This document shows, piece after piece, positions 8,253 through 17,250 of a stretch of DNA of 64,000 bases. The stretch lies in contig JBDRNT010000171.1 in NCBI GenBank assembly GCA_043810925.1, forward strand, positions 1 through 64,000. The letters are read 5' to 3'. The translations under genes and the position numbers were made by a program. This DNA is from Candidatus Eiseniibacteriota bacterium (GTDB taxonomy: Bacteria; Arandabacterota; Arandabacteria; Arandabacterales; Arandabacteraceae). Position 1 is the first letter of the stretch; each line of letters opens with the position of its first letter. The notes beneath the pieces were generated by a model, which had not been told where the DNA came from, did no database searches, and worked only from the letters and a program-made list of their open reading frames with translations.

Positions 8253-10211
8253 ATGGCCGACGATAAGAAATTCGTACCGTTCGTCCCGCCTGAGAAATCA
8301 ATTGCTGAGTTCACGCTTGCAGCAGTCATTCTGGGTGTAGTACTCGGCGCGATAATGACGGCGGCTAATACCTATGCAGGGCTCTATGCCGGGATGACCG
8401 TGACGGCTTCAATCCCCGCTGCTGTCATATCGATGGGTGTCCTGAGGGGAGTGCTGGGCCGCGGTACCATCCTTGAAAACAATGTGGTACAGACCATAGC
8501 GTCAGCAGGTGAATCATTGGCGGCGGGCATCATCTTTACGATCCCCGCAATCGTTATCGTCGGCATCTGGCAGGATTTCAAGTTCTGGCCGGTCACCATA
8601 ATCGCGATCTCAGGCGGGCTCCTCGGCGTTCTCTTCATGATACCGCTGAGAAGAACTCTTATCATAGAGGAAAAGGAGCTGATCTACCCCGAGGGACTGG
8701 CATGTGCCGAGGTTCTGGAGGTCGGTGAGACCAAGGGCAGCGGAGTCGTCTACATCTTCTCAGCCCTTGGACTCGGAGTGGTGTTCAAGCACTTCGTTGC
8801 AGCCTTCGGGATCATAAGGGGGACTGTAGAGGGTGCGTGGACCACCGGCAAGACCGCGATGTATTTCGGTTGTGACATGTCCGTCTTGCTCTTAGGGATA
8901 GGCTATATCGTCGGCATGAACATAGGCGTCCTGGTTTTCATAGGCGGGGCGATCGGCTGGCTGGTAGGTATCCCCATATACGGCGCAGTCAGAGGATTTC
9001 CTGCGGGTGATTCTCTTGTCGACTCCGCATATACCGTCTGGAGCACTCAGATAAGGTACATGGGAGTCGGGGCCATGATTGTCGGAGGGCTCTGGTCGAT
9101 CATAAGAATCCGGAGTGGTATCGCCAAAGGTCTTCGCGATGCCCTGTTCGGGCGCAGGCTCGCTGCGGGGGCCATGATCCCGAGGACCGAGCAGGATCTC
9201 AAGCAGAAGCTGGTTCTGATTCTCTCCGTGGTCACGATCATTTCCGTTTTCAGTATCTACCTTTACCTTACCCCCACGGTGGGTATAGCACTTGTCTCGA
9301 CGGTCGCGATGGTGCTGATGGGTTTCTTCTTCGTGGCAGTGTCCAGTTACATCGTGGGGCTGGTCGGGAGTTCCAACAACCCGATATCAGGTATGACCAT
9401 ATGCACGATCCTCTTTACATCCGCGCTTCTCCTGCTCTCCGGGATGAGCGGAAACCAGGGCATTCTTGCCGCACTCGGGGTGGCAGGTGTAGTCTGCTGT
9501 GCGGCGGCTACGGCCGGGGACATATCCCAGGACTTGAAGACGGGTTACCTGGTGGGCGCAACGCCCCGCAGTCAACAGATGAGTCAGATTCTGGGGGTTG
9601 TGCTCCCTGCATTTGTCATAGCACCTGTGCTGACGGTATTGCAGAAGGCGTACGGTATCGGCTCCCCTGAGCTGCCGGCGCCACAGGCCACACTGTTTGC
9701 AAGCATAGCCAGTGCGATGTTCACCGAGGCTTCCATGCCCTGGGGCATGGTGAAGATCGGCGCCGGGATAGGTATTGTGCTGGTGATCGCAGATGAGATC
9801 TTAAGGAACCGGGGCGCCAAGTTCAGGGCGCATGTCATGCCGGTAGCGGTAGGCATCTACCTCCCGCTCGGTCTTGCAGTGCCCATCTTCGTGGGCGGAG
9901 CAACAAACCTGGTAACGAGAACGATCGCCAGGAGGCGAGGTGACGCGGAGAGCGCCGTGCATCGCGGCGTGCTGTTCAGTTCAGGACTCATCGCCGGCGA
10001 GGCCATCATGGGGATCATCCTGGCATTCCTCATCGTTGGAGGCGTCAGTTTGCCGTGGCCGGTCATCAGCTGGCTCGGTTCGGTCTTTGAGTCGATCGGA
10101 CTTCCATTTGCAGCGAACATCTTCCAGAACACGATCTCGCTCTTTTTCTTCGGAATCGGTATCGCTGCCCTGGTCTACGTGGCTCTGAAGCGTGAACGGA
10201 CGGGGAGGTAA
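8253..10211 (+). CDS. OPT-family oligopeptide transporter
   Basis: AANTYAGLYAGMTVTASIPAAVIS, ENNVVQTIASAGES, YPEGLACAEVL, SQDLKTGYLVGATP and LPAPQATL motifs; many TM segments. Confidence 0.92.
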   Translation: MADDKKFVPFVPPEKSIAEFTLAAVILGVVLGAIMTAANTYAGLYAGMTVTASIPAAVISMGVLRGVLGRGTILENNVVQTIASAGESLAAGIIFTIPAIVIVGIWQDFKFWPVTIIAISGGLLGVLFMIPLRRTLIIEEKELIYPEGLACAEVLEVGETKGSGVVYIFSALGLGVVFKHFVAAFGIIRGTVEGAWTTGKTAMYFGCDMSVLLLGIGYIVGMNIGVLVFIGGAIGWLVGIPIYGAVRGFPAGDSLVDSAYTVWSTQIRYMGVGAMIVGGLWSIIRIRSGIAKGLRDALFGRRLAAGAMIPRTEQDLKQKLVLILSVVTIISVFSIYLYLTPTVGIALVSTVAMVLMGFFFVAVSSYIVGLVGSSNNPISGMTICTILFTSALLLLSGMSGNQGILAALGVAGVVCCAAATAGDISQDLKTGYLVGATPRSQQMSQILGVVLPAFVIAPVLTVLQKAYGIGSPELPAPQATLFASIASAMFTEASMPWGMVKIGAGIGIVLVIADEILRNRGAKFRAHVMPVAVGIYLPLGLAVPIFVGGATNLVTRTIARRRGDAESAVHRGVLFSSGLIAGEAIMGIILAFLIVGGVSLPWPVISWLGSVFESIGLPFAANIFQNTISLFFFGIGIAALVYVALKRERTGR

Positions 10212-10217
10212 ACACCT

Positions 10218-11171
10218 ATGAAGGAACTGATTGAAGCAGCACACGTTGCCCTGACTGATTGTGCCGCGGTCAGGAAAGGTGAGAATGTCGTCATCGTCAC
10301 CGACGAACCCCTGAGAAGGATCGGAACAGCCTTCTGGGAAGCTGCACGGGCACTGAAAGCCGACGCCATATTCTGCGAGATCGTCTCCAGAAAAACACAC
10401 GGAGAGGAACCCCCGCGGGCTGTGGCAGCTCTACTCAAAGTCTGCGACGTTTTCATGATTCCAACGAGCAAGTCCCTGACCCACACCGACGCGCGTCGGG
10501 ACGCGTGCGCCAACGGTGCCCGGGGAGCTACGCTGCCCAACATCAATGAGGACATGATGAAACGCACCCTCAGAGCAGATTATAAGAAGATCGAGGAGCG
10601 GACCAGGAAGGTCATCTCCCTGATCGAGGGTGCGGCCGAGGCACGTGTCACAACCGCGAAGGGAACCGACATCACTATGTCGCTTGCGGGGCGGTCATGT
10701 CATGAGGATACCGGTATCATCACAGAGCCGGGGACATCAACCAACCTGCCTGCCGGGGAAGCCTACCTGGCTCCGGTGGAGGGAACCGCCAGGGGCAGAA
10801 TTGTCGCCGACGGATCATGCGCCGGGATCGGAGTGTTGCACGAGCCTATAGCGATCGAAGTAGCTGACGGTCTTGCGGGCGACATCTCCGGGGGCGGTGA
10901 GGCCGAGAAGCTGATCGGTCTTGTCTCGGCGTTCGGCAGGGACGCAAGGAACATAGCTGAGCTCGGCATCGGCACCAACGACAAAGCGATCCTCTCAGGG
11001 AGCACTCTCGAGGATGAAAAGGTGATGGGGACCGTGCACATCGCACTCGGCGACAACGTGAGCATGGGAGGCAATGTCTCGGTCGCAAGCCATCTCGATC
11101 TCATAATCAAATCGCCCACTCTGATCATAGACGGCAGGGAGATCATAAAGGACGGGAAGCTCCTGGTGTAG
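10218..11171 (+). CDS. M29-like (thermophilic metallo-) aminopeptidase
   Basis: NLPAGEAY, IAELGIGTN, EDEKVMGTVHIALGDN and HLD motifs. Confidence 0.85.
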   Translation: MKELIEAAHVALTDCAAVRKGENVVIVTDEPLRRIGTAFWEAARALKADAIFCEIVSRKTHGEEPPRAVAALLKVCDVFMIPTSKSLTHTDARRDACANGARGATLPNINEDMMKRTLRADYKKIEERTRKVISLIEGAAEARVTTAKGTDITMSLAGRSCHEDTGIITEPGTSTNLPAGEAYLAPVEGTARGRIVADGSCAGIGVLHEPIAIEVADGLAGDISGGGEAEKLIGLVSAFGRDARNIAELGIGTNDKAILSGSTLEDEKVMGTVHIALGDNVSMGGNVSVASHLDLIIKSPTLIIDGREIIKDGKLLV

Positions 11172-11518
11172 CCGCAACCCCCGACAGGCAGGCACGGACT
11201 CTCCGTTTTGCGATATTTCGCTAATGCTTGGCACCCCCCCCTCCGATAATGCCTGCAGAGGTCGTAACCAAATGGTAAGACGGAAGTCTGTTCCTCGTAA
11301 AACGGTGGCATCGAAACTCAGTGGACGATTCTGCCGACAAGCCGGGGAGTACTTAGCCCTACGTTCCGTCTACAACCATCAATGATTCAGTCTTGATCGG
11401 CATTTGAAGTTGCTTTAAACCGTTTGGAGGTCGCGGTACATTGAAAGCCTGTTCAGGCATCAGTCTGTATTCATCCACCCTTTTCTCACGTCTTCGGACA
11501 GTCTCAAGGAGGAATACC

Positions 11519-12007
11519 ATGCACTTGCGCATTGGACTCGCGATAACTGTGGCATTACTCGTCATATGTACAGCCGCATCTGCGCAGGAACCGATCGACG
11601 CCGGCGCAACCCCGGGTGGGGCTCAGTATTATGTGTATCTCGGCAAGAACTGGGAGCTCCAGATAAATGTCTATGTATGGGGTCGTGTGGCCAGACCGGG
11701 GATGTATTCCGTGCCAAACACCACCGATCTCGTCGCTGTAATATCGCTTGCAGGCGGACCCGGAGAACATGCGAATCTTAAGAACGTCAGGGTCATCCGC
11801 AGCAATCCCAACCCTGAGGTAATGACCGTCAATGTGAAGGCTTACATGCACACGGGTAAACCGAGCTCGATTCCCGTGCTCCATCCGGGCGACACGGTTA
11901 TCGTATCGGCAAACAAGTCTCACAGCTTCGCGAGTGTCGTGAATGTGTTTTCACAGATCGCGATCATAGGCAACGTCTACTACCTGTTCTTCTTGCACGA
12001 AAGGTAG
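11519..12007 (+). CDS. SLBB-domain polysaccharide export (short Wza/OPX-like) protein
   Basis: AGGAGG RBS before ATG 11519; signal peptide; VYVWGRVARPGMY...ISLAGG...VRVIR...LHPGDTVIV SLBB motif; directly upstream of wzc. Confidence 0.8.
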   Translation: MHLRIGLAITVALLVICTAASAQEPIDAGATPGGAQYYVYLGKNWELQINVYVWGRVARPGMYSVPNTTDLVAVISLAGGPGEHANLKNVRVIRSNPNPEVMTVNVKAYMHTGKPSSIPVLHPGDTVIVSANKSHSFASVVNVFSQIAIIGNVYYLFFLHER

Positions 12008-12104
12008 ATCTAACCCAAACCATGCACACGACAGAGCACAGCCGTATCCAGAAGCAGACGAATCACAAACAACAGAATCCATGGATCAATTCGCGGAGGG
12101 AGCA

Positions 12105-14321
12105 ATGCCTGTAGAAGAAAACGAGGTCACTTTTCACGACTACCTGCGGATCGTCTTTGAAAGGAAGTGGATTATCCTGCCCCTGCTGATCATCACGATC
12201 GCATTGACAGGATACTATACATTCACACAACCGGAAGTGTACCAGGCGACCGCCACGTTGATGATCGGGCCGGGAGGAACGGGCCAGTCCATTCTCGGGT
12301 TCGGCTACCAGAGTAGGGGTAGCAGCCCTATCCAGAACTATTGTCAGATACTCAAGAGCCGGAGCGTCGCGAAGAAGACGGCCGACAGACTCAACGACAT
12401 GCCGGTCGTCTCCACATCCCCGGTGACCACGTACAATGCCGATGCAATGATGGGCCGCATCGGAGTGGAACCGGTGCGGGGTACCGACGTCCTCAAGGTC
12501 TCGGGCAGAGCATCCACACCTGAGGCGGCGGCCATCATCGCCAACACGGTCACCGACGTGTTCATAGAAGAACAGATCACTATTGTCAGAGGTGAATACA
12601 CCCAGCAGCGTCTGTTCCTCGAAGAACAGATTCCCATAGCTGAGGCGAAACTGCAAATCTCAGAGGAAGATCTCAAGCTTTTCAAGGAAGAGAACGAGTT
12701 TGTCGCGCTTTCGGAGGAAACCAGGGGTACAACCCAGAAGCTGGTTGAATTCGACAAGCAACTCGGAGAGACGCAGACCGGGATCAATACGACGCTTACC
12801 AGGCTTGACTATCTTGAGGCGCAGCTCGCCGAACAGCAGAAGACGCTGCCTGAGGACATCGCAGAGGTATCAAGCCCCTACATACTGGAGCTTAGAAGGC
12901 AGCTCGTAGAGCTCGAAACCAATGCCTCGATGTACCTTGTCCAGGGTTTGGCCGAGGACAGTCCAAAGATGGCCAACCTCAGAAAGAGCATCGAGGATAC
13001 GAAATCCAATTTGATCGAAGAGACGAAGAGCCTTGGCGGCAAAGACATACCGTCACTTGACCCGCTTTCATACGCCCGGAATCTTTTTGACAGAGTGCTG
13101 GAACTCAAGGGCGAGATGGTCACGCTGAATGCAAGACGGGATGCGCTGCTGGGGGTCCGGAAGATCTATGCGGTCAAACTGGAGAAGTTGCCAAAAACGG
13201 AGCTCGATCTTGCCCGGCTGGAGCGTGACCGGCTGTTAAACAACAGTACCTACGGCATGCTGATGCAGAAGTACGAAGAGGCCAAGATTGCCGAGGCCGG
13301 CAAGATATCGAACATACGTGTGGTCGATCGTGCGAGGGTACCGCGATCACCTATCCAGCCCCAGAAGAAACGCAACATGGCATTCGGGGCGATCATCGGA
13401 TTGGCCCTCGGGTTGGGCGCGGCATTCATGCTGGACTATACCGACAATTCGGTGAGAACACCGAAGGACATCGACAGGTCCGGCAGCATGACGATACTCG
13501 GGACCGTGCCCATGATAAAAGTCAAGGCAAGTAAGAAAGACAGAGCGTCGGGTATCGTTGCGCATCTGCTGACGGAGCAACCGACCAGGTCTTCCCTGGG
13601 CGAGGCGTTCCGTTCGATCCGGACCAACCTGCAGTTCGCCAGCCCCGACAAACCCATACACACATTGCTTGTCACCTCAGCGATACCCGGTGAGGGCAAG
13701 TCTACGGTCACCTCCAATCTGGGTATTGCGATGGCGCAGATGGGAATAAGAACACTGCTGGTGGACACGGATCTCAGGAAACCAGTACTCAGAAAGGTAT
13801 TCAAACTCGAACAGGAAACGGGATTCACCGACTTCATGGCGGACCACATCAGTCTTGAAGAGGCTTTGTGCCAGACGGATGTGGAGAATCTCACGGTGCT
13901 GCCGGCCGGTTCGTTGCCGCCGAACCCATCCGAGTTGATTGGATCGAAGAAGATGGAGTCGGTGATAGAGCGACTCAAGAACGATTACCAACTGGTGATA
14001 TTCGACTCGCCTCCGGCCATAGGAGTCACGGATGCGGCCATCCTGGGCTCCAAGCTCGACGGCGCCGTCCTGGTCGTACGAACGGGCAAGACCGATAGAG
14101 CTGCCCTGCTTCGTGCGAAGGAGATACTCGAGAGGGTGCACACAAACGTTCTGGGTGTTGTTCTCCACATGGTCACCCCCGTACATGGGCGGTACGGCTA
14201 TTACTACGGCTACTACTACCATTACTACCCTTACTACGGTGAGGGAAACGACAAGAAGTCGAAGAGAAGCAAGAAGAAGGATAAGGATCGGGAAAAGGAA
14301 CCGGAAACAGTGTCATGTTGA
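12105..14321 (+). CDS. wzc: Polysaccharide co-polymerase / BY-kinase
   Basis: Two TMs flanking a coiled-coil periplasmic domain; EAFRSIRTN, Walker A GEGKST, VDTDLRKP, IFDSPP; C-terminal Tyr cluster YGYYYGYYYHYYPYY; start after GGAGGGAG. Confidence 0.93.
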   Translation: MPVEENEVTFHDYLRIVFERKWIILPLLIITIALTGYYTFTQPEVYQATATLMIGPGGTGQSILGFGYQSRGSSPIQNYCQILKSRSVAKKTADRLNDMPVVSTSPVTTYNADAMMGRIGVEPVRGTDVLKVSGRASTPEAAAIIANTVTDVFIEEQITIVRGEYTQQRLFLEEQIPIAEAKLQISEEDLKLFKEENEFVALSEETRGTTQKLVEFDKQLGETQTGINTTLTRLDYLEAQLAEQQKTLPEDIAEVSSPYILELRRQLVELETNASMYLVQGLAEDSPKMANLRKSIEDTKSNLIEETKSLGGKDIPSLDPLSYARNLFDRVLELKGEMVTLNARRDALLGVRKIYAVKLEKLPKTELDLARLERDRLLNNSTYGMLMQKYEEAKIAEAGKISNIRVVDRARVPRSPIQPQKKRNMAFGAIIGLALGLGAAFMLDYTDNSVRTPKDIDRSGSMTILGTVPMIKVKASKKDRASGIVAHLLTEQPTRSSLGEAFRSIRTNLQFASPDKPIHTLLVTSAIPGEGKSTVTSNLGIAMAQMGIRTLLVDTDLRKPVLRKVFKLEQETGFTDFMADHISLEEALCQTDVENLTVLPAGSLPPNPSELIGSKKMESVIERLKNDYQLVIFDSPPAIGVTDAAILGSKLDGAVLVVRTGKTDRAALLRAKEILERVHTNVLGVVLHMVTPVHGRYGYYYGYYYHYYPYYGEGNDKKSKRSKKKDKDREKEPETVSC

Positions 14322-14411
14322 GAAGACACGAAACATCTACGAGAAGTTACAACCGGGGTTCCCGGGAATGTGCCGGAGAAGTACAGGTTTCATTTGACGT
14401 TGTGACATCGG

Positions 14412-14500
14412 GCCCGAGGGCTTGAAGCTTCGGGCACTATAGATAGGTTATTAATTTAGCGAAGCGGTTATGTAACCGACAAGGGCGTGCTGTATCTACC
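14412..14500 (+). promoter_or_regulatory. Structured leader upstream of the NusG paralogue (candidate antiterminator loading site)
   Basis: Hairpin GCCCGA...TCGGGC (14412-14435), followed by GCGAAG-[CGGTTA tg TAACCG]-ACAAGGGCG enclosed by TAGATA/TATCTA. Confidence 0.45.
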
Positions 14501-14515
14501 GCCCGGGGGAGAACG

Positions 14516-15118
14516 ATGCAAAAGACGCGCACGGACCACAGGACGGACATCAGTACCGACTCCCTGGGCTATCCGGCGACACCGGACCGCGGTGCGTCAC
14601 CGGCGGCGCGCTTCTCGCCGGTCATTCCCTGGTACGTAGCCTACACCCGGTGTCATCACGAACAGCGGGTCGCCAGGCATCTGGCACTTAAGAACGTCCC
14701 GGTGTTGTTTCCCAAGTACAAGACGTGGAGCCGGCGCAAGGACAGACGCAAGATGATAGAGCTGCCGCTCTTTCCGGGCTACCTGTTTATCCAGAGCGAA
14801 CCCTTTGCCCACCGCTTCACAGAGATTTCCGACACCCCGGGGCTTGCATTCATCCTTGGCAATGGAAACGGACCAAAGGCTATAGCCGACGACGAGATCA
14901 AGAGCCTGTTGATCCTTCTTTCCTCCTCGACGCCTTTTGAACCGCATCCGTATTTCTGTACCGGCGAGCAGGTCATCGTGCTGTCGGGACCGCTCAAGGG
15001 CGCTGTAGGCTACGTGCTCCAGTCACGTCCCGACAAGCGAAAGCTGGTGATCACAGTCGATCTCCTCGGCCGCTCTGCCGCCGTACACATCTCCGATGAG
15101 ATAGTGGATAAATACTGA
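14516..15118 (+). CDS. upxY: UpxY/RfaH/LoaP-like NusG-paralogue transcription antiterminator
   Basis: WYVAYTRCHHEQRV...WSRRKDRRKMIELPLFPGYLF NGN domain; KOW motif GEQVIVLSGPLKG. Confidence 0.88.
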   Translation: MQKTRTDHRTDISTDSLGYPATPDRGASPAARFSPVIPWYVAYTRCHHEQRVARHLALKNVPVLFPKYKTWSRRKDRRKMIELPLFPGYLFIQSEPFAHRFTEISDTPGLAFILGNGNGPKAIADDEIKSLLILLSSSTPFEPHPYFCTGEQVIVLSGPLKGAVGYVLQSRPDKRKLVITVDLLGRSAAVHISDEIVDKY

Positions 15119-15147
15119 CCCCGTGAATCAACCAACAAACCATAGCG

Positions 15148-15206
15148 GTAGCATCAGGGTTCCAACCCGGACGATCCGTGCGTCGGGCACGGAGACCCGA
15201 TGCTGC
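15148..15206. repeat. GTAG/GCAG-type REP doublet, copy 1 (intergenic)
   Basis: GTAGCATCAGGGTTCCAACCCGGACG followed by inverted TGCAGCATCGGGTCTCCGTGCCCGACG; homologous to 52216-52300 and 57507-57587. Confidence 0.75.
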
Positions 15207-15207
15207 A

Positions 15208-15224
15208 TTTCAAGACCTGACCCC
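15208..15224 (-). repeat. Single GGGGTCAG-family half-site
   Basis: TTTCAAGACCTGACCCC is the reverse complement of GGGGTCAGGTCTTGAAA, similar to the arm at 3423 (GGGGTCAGGCTTTGAAT). Confidence 0.55.
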
Positions 15225-15235
15225 AAGGTGATCTC

Positions 15236-17110
15236 ATGTGCGGTATAGCCGGAATCCACAGCCAGAGCGGAATGGCGCCGGACACTATGGCGGACGCTGT
15301 GGGCGTCATGACGCGCACCCTGAAACACCGGGGCACCGATGACATGGGTTTTCACTTCTCCGAGGACAGGAAGACCGGTCTGGGTCATACGAGATTGTCG
15401 ATCATCGACCTGTCAAGTGCCGGGCACCAGCCGATGTCCAATGAAAGCAAGTCAATCTGGATAGTCTATAATGGCGAGATATACAACTTCCCCGAATTGC
15501 GCGATGCCCTGCTTAGCTGCGGGCACAGATTCAATAGTGAGACGGACACCGAAACGGTGCTTCACGGCTACGAGGAATGGGGAATCGAAGACCTGCTTAA
15601 GAGGCTTCGGGGGATGTTCGCCTTTGCCGTCTACGATACCAGACCGGCAGCCGCGGGCGGACGCATCATCCTGGCCAGGGACCGGCTGGGTCTTAAGCCC
15701 CTCTACTATTCTTACCGTGACGGCGTTTTGGTTCTTGCGTCGGAAATCAAGGCGATCCTTGCATCACATCTGGAGACAAGAGAGATCGATCCGCATGCCG
15801 TGGGCTCGTACCTGCTCCGCGGTTTCATACCGCCACCGGCGACTATCTATAAGGACATAACCGCATTGAGACCCGGACATTACATCACAGTGGACGGAAA
15901 CGGCGTCTCGGAGACTCGCTACTACGACCTCGCAGAAGCTTTCTGCGACACCTCGCTTGCGTCGGTATCCGAGGGTGAAGCTGTTGAGATGATTCATTCG
16001 TGCCTGGTGGATACCATGAAGTGTCATCTTATAAGTGACGTACCCGTCGGGGCGTTCCTGAGCGGCGGAATAGACTCAAGCTCGATAGTCGCCGTTATGC
16101 GTGAGGTCGATCATAGACGCGTGAAGACCGTCTCCGCGGTCTTTCCGGATACGGCTCAGGACGAGAGCCGGTTCTCAAGGGCCGCAGCCGAGATGTTCAA
16201 TACCGATCATGCAGAAATCGAGATAAGCGGCCGGGACGTCGCAGGCCACATGGAGAAGATCCTGTATGCGATGGACCAGCCAACGGTAGACGGTGTTAAT
16301 ACTTACTTTGTCTCGTGGGCAACCGCACTCAGCGGTCTAAAGGTCGCGATGTCGGGTGTGGGTGGCGATGAGATATTCTGGGGTTATCCTTCCTTCAGAC
16401 AAATACCGAGACTGCACATGCTTCTAAAGATCCTCGCGACGATTCCTTTCGGAAGACGTGCCGCGAAGTCTCTGCTCAGGGACTCAGGTAATTCACGAAA
16501 CAGAAAACTCCACGCGATGGTCTCAAACGACCGGTCGATACCTGAGATCTATATGGACTACAGGGGGCTCTTTGCAAGGGACCAGATCCGAGAACTCCTT
16601 TGTGGAGACCTGGGCGAGGATGCGCTCAAAGACACCGGGACGCCTCACTATCTCTCGGACTGCGCCAGCACGATAGGTCAGAGCAACCTTGTGGGCCTCC
16701 TTGAGACCACTTCATACATGGCAAGCCAGCTTCTGAGGGATACGGATGTGTTCAGCATGACTCATACCCTCGAGGTCAGGGCGCCTTTCGTCGACCACAC
16801 CCTGGTCGAACTCCTGGCAAGGCTTCCTGCCCGCCACAAGACCCGCAATGACGTACCCAAACGCCTTCTGGTCAAGGCCCTGGACAGAGAGTTGCCGGCT
16901 GAAATAGTCGACCGCCCGAAACAGGGCTTTGTTTTCCCCTTCGATCTGTGGATGCGAAACGAACTCAAAGACCTGACCGAAGACGCCCTCAACGGCTGCC
17001 GTGCACTCAACGGACAATACGTGTCAAAACTCCTCAGTGGCTTCTATGACCACAAGGTTCACTGGTCACGTGTATGGAGCCTGGTGGTACTGGCAAACTG
17101 GCTGAATTGA
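15236..17110 (+). CDS. asnB: Asparagine-synthase-like glutamine amidotransferase (polysaccharide amidation)
   Basis: N-terminal MCGIAG, HTRLSIID, YNGEIYN, LSGGIDSS, SGVGGDE and RPKQGF motifs. Confidence 0.92.
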   Translation: MCGIAGIHSQSGMAPDTMADAVGVMTRTLKHRGTDDMGFHFSEDRKTGLGHTRLSIIDLSSAGHQPMSNESKSIWIVYNGEIYNFPELRDALLSCGHRFNSETDTETVLHGYEEWGIEDLLKRLRGMFAFAVYDTRPAAAGGRIILARDRLGLKPLYYSYRDGVLVLASEIKAILASHLETREIDPHAVGSYLLRGFIPPPATIYKDITALRPGHYITVDGNGVSETRYYDLAEAFCDTSLASVSEGEAVEMIHSCLVDTMKCHLISDVPVGAFLSGGIDSSSIVAVMREVDHRRVKTVSAVFPDTAQDESRFSRAAAEMFNTDHAEIEISGRDVAGHMEKILYAMDQPTVDGVNTYFVSWATALSGLKVAMSGVGGDEIFWGYPSFRQIPRLHMLLKILATIPFGRRAAKSLLRDSGNSRNRKLHAMVSNDRSIPEIYMDYRGLFARDQIRELLCGDLGEDALKDTGTPHYLSDCASTIGQSNLVGLLETTSYMASQLLRDTDVFSMTHTLEVRAPFVDHTLVELLARLPARHKTRNDVPKRLLVKALDRELPAEIVDRPKQGFVFPFDLWMRNELKDLTEDALNGCRALNGQYVSKLLSGFYDHKVHWSRVWSLVVLANWLN

Positions 17111-17118
17111 AAACCCCA

Positions 17119-17250
17119 ATGGTCATCGAAAAGTCATTGCTGATCAGACTGCTGATAGCAGGCTGGACTCTCATGATAAGCGCATTTTACTACCTGCAGT
17201 TTAAGTCCATGCTGAACATGCTTCTCAACAAGGTACTGGAAACCATCTGA
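17119..17250 (+). CDS. 43-aa single-TM small protein (not in the ORF track)
   Basis: MVIEKSLLIRLLIAGWTLMISAFYYLQFKSMLNMLLNKVLETI*; fills the asnB to GT-C gap and overlaps the next start (TGATG). Confidence 0.7.
   Translation: MVIEKSLLIRLLIAGWTLMISAFYYLQFKSMLNMLLNKVLETI

Noticed and set aside
11398-11415. Sigma54-like GGCA...TTGC upstream of the SLBB gene
   Set aside because: GG-to-GC spacing is 11 nt rather than the required 10
14496-14503. ops core GGCGGTAG near upxY
   Set aside because: Present only on the minus strand, opposite to transcription
15145-15155. ops-like GCGGTAGCATC after upxY
   Set aside because: Better explained as the GTAG start of the REP doublet; an ops role is not excluded but is unsupported
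15236-17250. Lasso-peptide cluster (AsnB-like cyclase plus small ORF)
   Set aside because: AsnB retains the N-terminal Cys glutaminase domain, there is no B1/B2 protein, and the small ORF is a hydrophobic TM peptide
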